Source: Squalus acanthias (taxonomy: Eukaryota). Taken from it: a stretch of DNA of 64,000 nt. Every line of letters starts with the position of its first letter. Positions within the stretch are counted from its first letter, which is position 1. Location: NCBI GenBank assembly GCA_030390025.1, contig CM059432.1, positions 7,006,001 to 7,070,000 of the forward strand. The letters run 5' to 3'. Made by a program: the position numbers and the translations under genes. Positions 61,879 to 64,000 of the stretch are shown here, piece by piece. Under the pieces are notes generated by a model. The model searched no databases. It worked only from the letters and a program-made list of their open reading frames with translations, and was not told the origin of the DNA.

Positions 61879-62302
61879 GTGAGTCATCACAGAACTTGTA
61901 CTTCCCGATTACACCATGGCGATTTACTGTTGCAAGTTAATTAATAATGGCTGAAAGTAATGGTGTTAAAATGTAACCGTGTTGATTTAGATCCCATTTC
62001 CCCTCGTGGTCATTTGGGGAAAGGGCTATAAACTCAAGACGACTTGTTTTCCTTGATCTACAGGGCGATTTCCCTTGTTAAATAACCACCTCTCCCACCG
62101 CACCATTATTTAATATTAGGTTTTAAAACTAGATTTCGATGTCTAGCTGGAGAGGGAGGAAGCGGGAGGAACAGTCAGATCTCACCTCGATCGGTAAATT
62201 GTTCAAGTGCAGCTGGGTGCATTACAATGTTTATGAATCCAGAAAGTACATAATTACCTGTTTTCGGAAGTGCGTTTGCCTTACTGCGAACATATTTATA
62301 AA

Positions 62303-62341
62303 GCGCGCACGCGCACACACACGCACACGCACATACATATA
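62303..62341. repeat. Alternating purine-pyrimidine microsatellite
   Basis: gcgcgcacgcgcacacacacgcacacgcacatacatat; a similar (gt/gc)n tract lies at about 61151-61181. Confidence 0.7.
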
Positions 62342-62351
62342 TTCTGATCTT

Positions 62352-62668
62352 TTAGTTCTTTTTAATTCATTCACGGAATGTGGGCGTCGCCGGCCTTTAT
62401 TGCCCATCCCTAATTGCCCTCGAGAAGGTGGTGGTGAGCCGCCGCCTTGAATACAACTGAGTGACTTGCTCGGCCATTTCAGAGGGCAGTTAAGAGTCAA
62501 CCACATTGCTGTGGGTCTGGAGTCACATATCGGCCAGACCAGGTAAGGACGGCAGATTTCCTTCCCTGAAGGACATTAGTGAACCAGATGTTTTTTTTAT
62601 AATGACAATCCGATAGTTTCATGGTCATCATTACTGATACTAGCTATTTATTCCAGACTTATTTAATT
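62352..62668 (-). mobile_element. Second SINE-like family sharing its 3' tail with the 36281 LINE
   Basis: Minus strand non-coding body (ctggttcactaatgtccttcagggaaggaaatctgccgtccttacctggtctggcc...) ending ctcaccaccaccttctcgagggcaattagggatgggcaataaa..cgacgcccacattccgtgaatgaat. Confidence 0.7.
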
Positions 62669-63036
62669 AGCACAAGCCAGGAGGTTATTTTTTTTTTTTA
62701 AGTCTGATCTGAATGGCTACTAGACCTTTTGAACTTTTTTTTCCCCATCAAAATCCAAACATTTGGATTAAATTTGCATTAAGCAAAGGGTGGACCTGTT
62801 GTCCAGCAGCATTGTCCAATGCCAGTATTGTGTGCACCTTGTCCAGTGTACAAAGTTTTGGAAGTTGGAAGTACAATGATTTTTATAAAGTGCAATAAAC
62901 AAAGGAACAAGCTCCGTTTTGCTGTAAAGGTAAGTGGTATGCTGCAGTTCCTGAGTCGTATCAGTTTGCTAAAGGCAGCTGGTACAAATGGATAGCAATT
63001 TCTCACTTCTAACCAGACTCGCAGGTTTCCTTCATT

Positions 63037-63780
63037 GGCCCAGAAATTGATCTCGCTCTGTTCCCGCGGGGGTAAGCCTTCCCCGCGATCTCTCACCTCG
63101 CTTGTGCTTTTTCAGATCCAGCTCGCACGAACTTGATGTTCCAGACATCAGCTGGGCAGTGCTTGCGTATCCCACCGGCGTAGTGAATTCGTGCGAGCTG
63201 TGGGATCACGTGACTCAGTTAGAGCCAATGGCAGCACACCATCTTCCATTCATAAGTTTCACAGACCTGCTGTGAAATCTATGAATCTTACACCCCCCCC
63301 AAAATAACAGCTAAACCTCAATTAAATTTAAAAAAAAACCATCACATTAATAAAATAAGTATAGTTAATTAAATTAACCATTTTAAATAAAAAATTAAAT
63401 TTTTGAAAAAATTTAAAATCTTTTAAAAAGTTATAAAAATAAACTTACCTGTCTTTAAAGTCTCTAAAAAAGATATACCTGTTAAAAAAAATTCAAAAAA
63501 ATACTTAATTCACTACTTACCTTCTTAAAAGTGGGTCTTACTCCTCCTTTTTACATTTCTAAAATCTTCCGTCCTTACCTGCGCGTCCAAAGCATGAAGT
63601 GCACAGCGTGCGCGCAGCCTGTAGCGCGCACGCGATGCACCGAGGACCCGCCCCCTTTTCAGAAGAGCAATTGCCGGTTTTCAGCGCATGCGCAGGGCAT
63701 GCAGAAAACCGGCAATTGGAGAGAGAATACGCGAGAGTACGCAGTGCGTACTCTCGCGTCCCGGGATCAATTTTCGGCCC
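63037..63780. mobile_element. MITE family A, copy 4
   Basis: TIR ggcccagaaattgatc / gatcaattttcggccc, ATT on both flanks; shared interior architecture. Confidence 0.82.
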
Positions 63781-64000
63781 ATTGTGAAATTTTACGTTAA
63801 AAGGAAAAATGCATGCATGTATGTTTTAAATGTACTTGGTATTTTCAAACGGTATTCGTGTTAGTTATTCATACCTGATGACTTACAACACCCGGGAATG
63901 TGCCAGTCCCAGTGGGGCCTTTGTTATTAGCTTAGAAACTGACGCATAATAATATTGTGTAACTTGGCTATTAGATTCCCAATGTCACAGGAGGTTCAGC

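Noticed and set aside
1..64000. Prokaryotic systems (operons, CRISPR arrays, defence islands)
   Set aside because: Spliced vertebrate gene with LINE/SINE content; no regularly spaced repeat-spacer array and no gene-dense coding.

Overview
Eukaryotic, not prokaryotic: a repeat-rich vertebrate intronic region, most likely from a cartilaginous fish (inferred from the repeat inventory of Deu-domain tRNA-SINEs, CR1/L2 LINEs and shark-type Penelope ends). Five consecutive + strand coding exons of VPS13B/COH1 (6056-6182, 6830-6973, 49373-50081, 54488-54625, 61486-61878) splice in frame through canonical AG/GT sites and include a 42.4 kb intron. The rest is intron packed with mobile DNA: about 14 DeuSINE copies or tails, many 5'-truncated CR1 and L2 fragments, a second CR1-group LINE family, several MITE families, Penelope remnants, a DIRS tyrosine-recombinase relic and a decayed Jockey/I-group LINE. 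Most notable are a four-copy MITE family with covarying internal hairpins and promoter-like motifs (one copy has an inverted terminus), two TSD-flanked palindromic Penelope micro-insertions, a degenerate hammerhead ribozyme, and two frame-preserving candidate cassette exons in repeat-poor intron. Family names come from recognising motifs by eye, not from database searches, and repeat boundaries are approximate unless a TIR or TSD is quoted.
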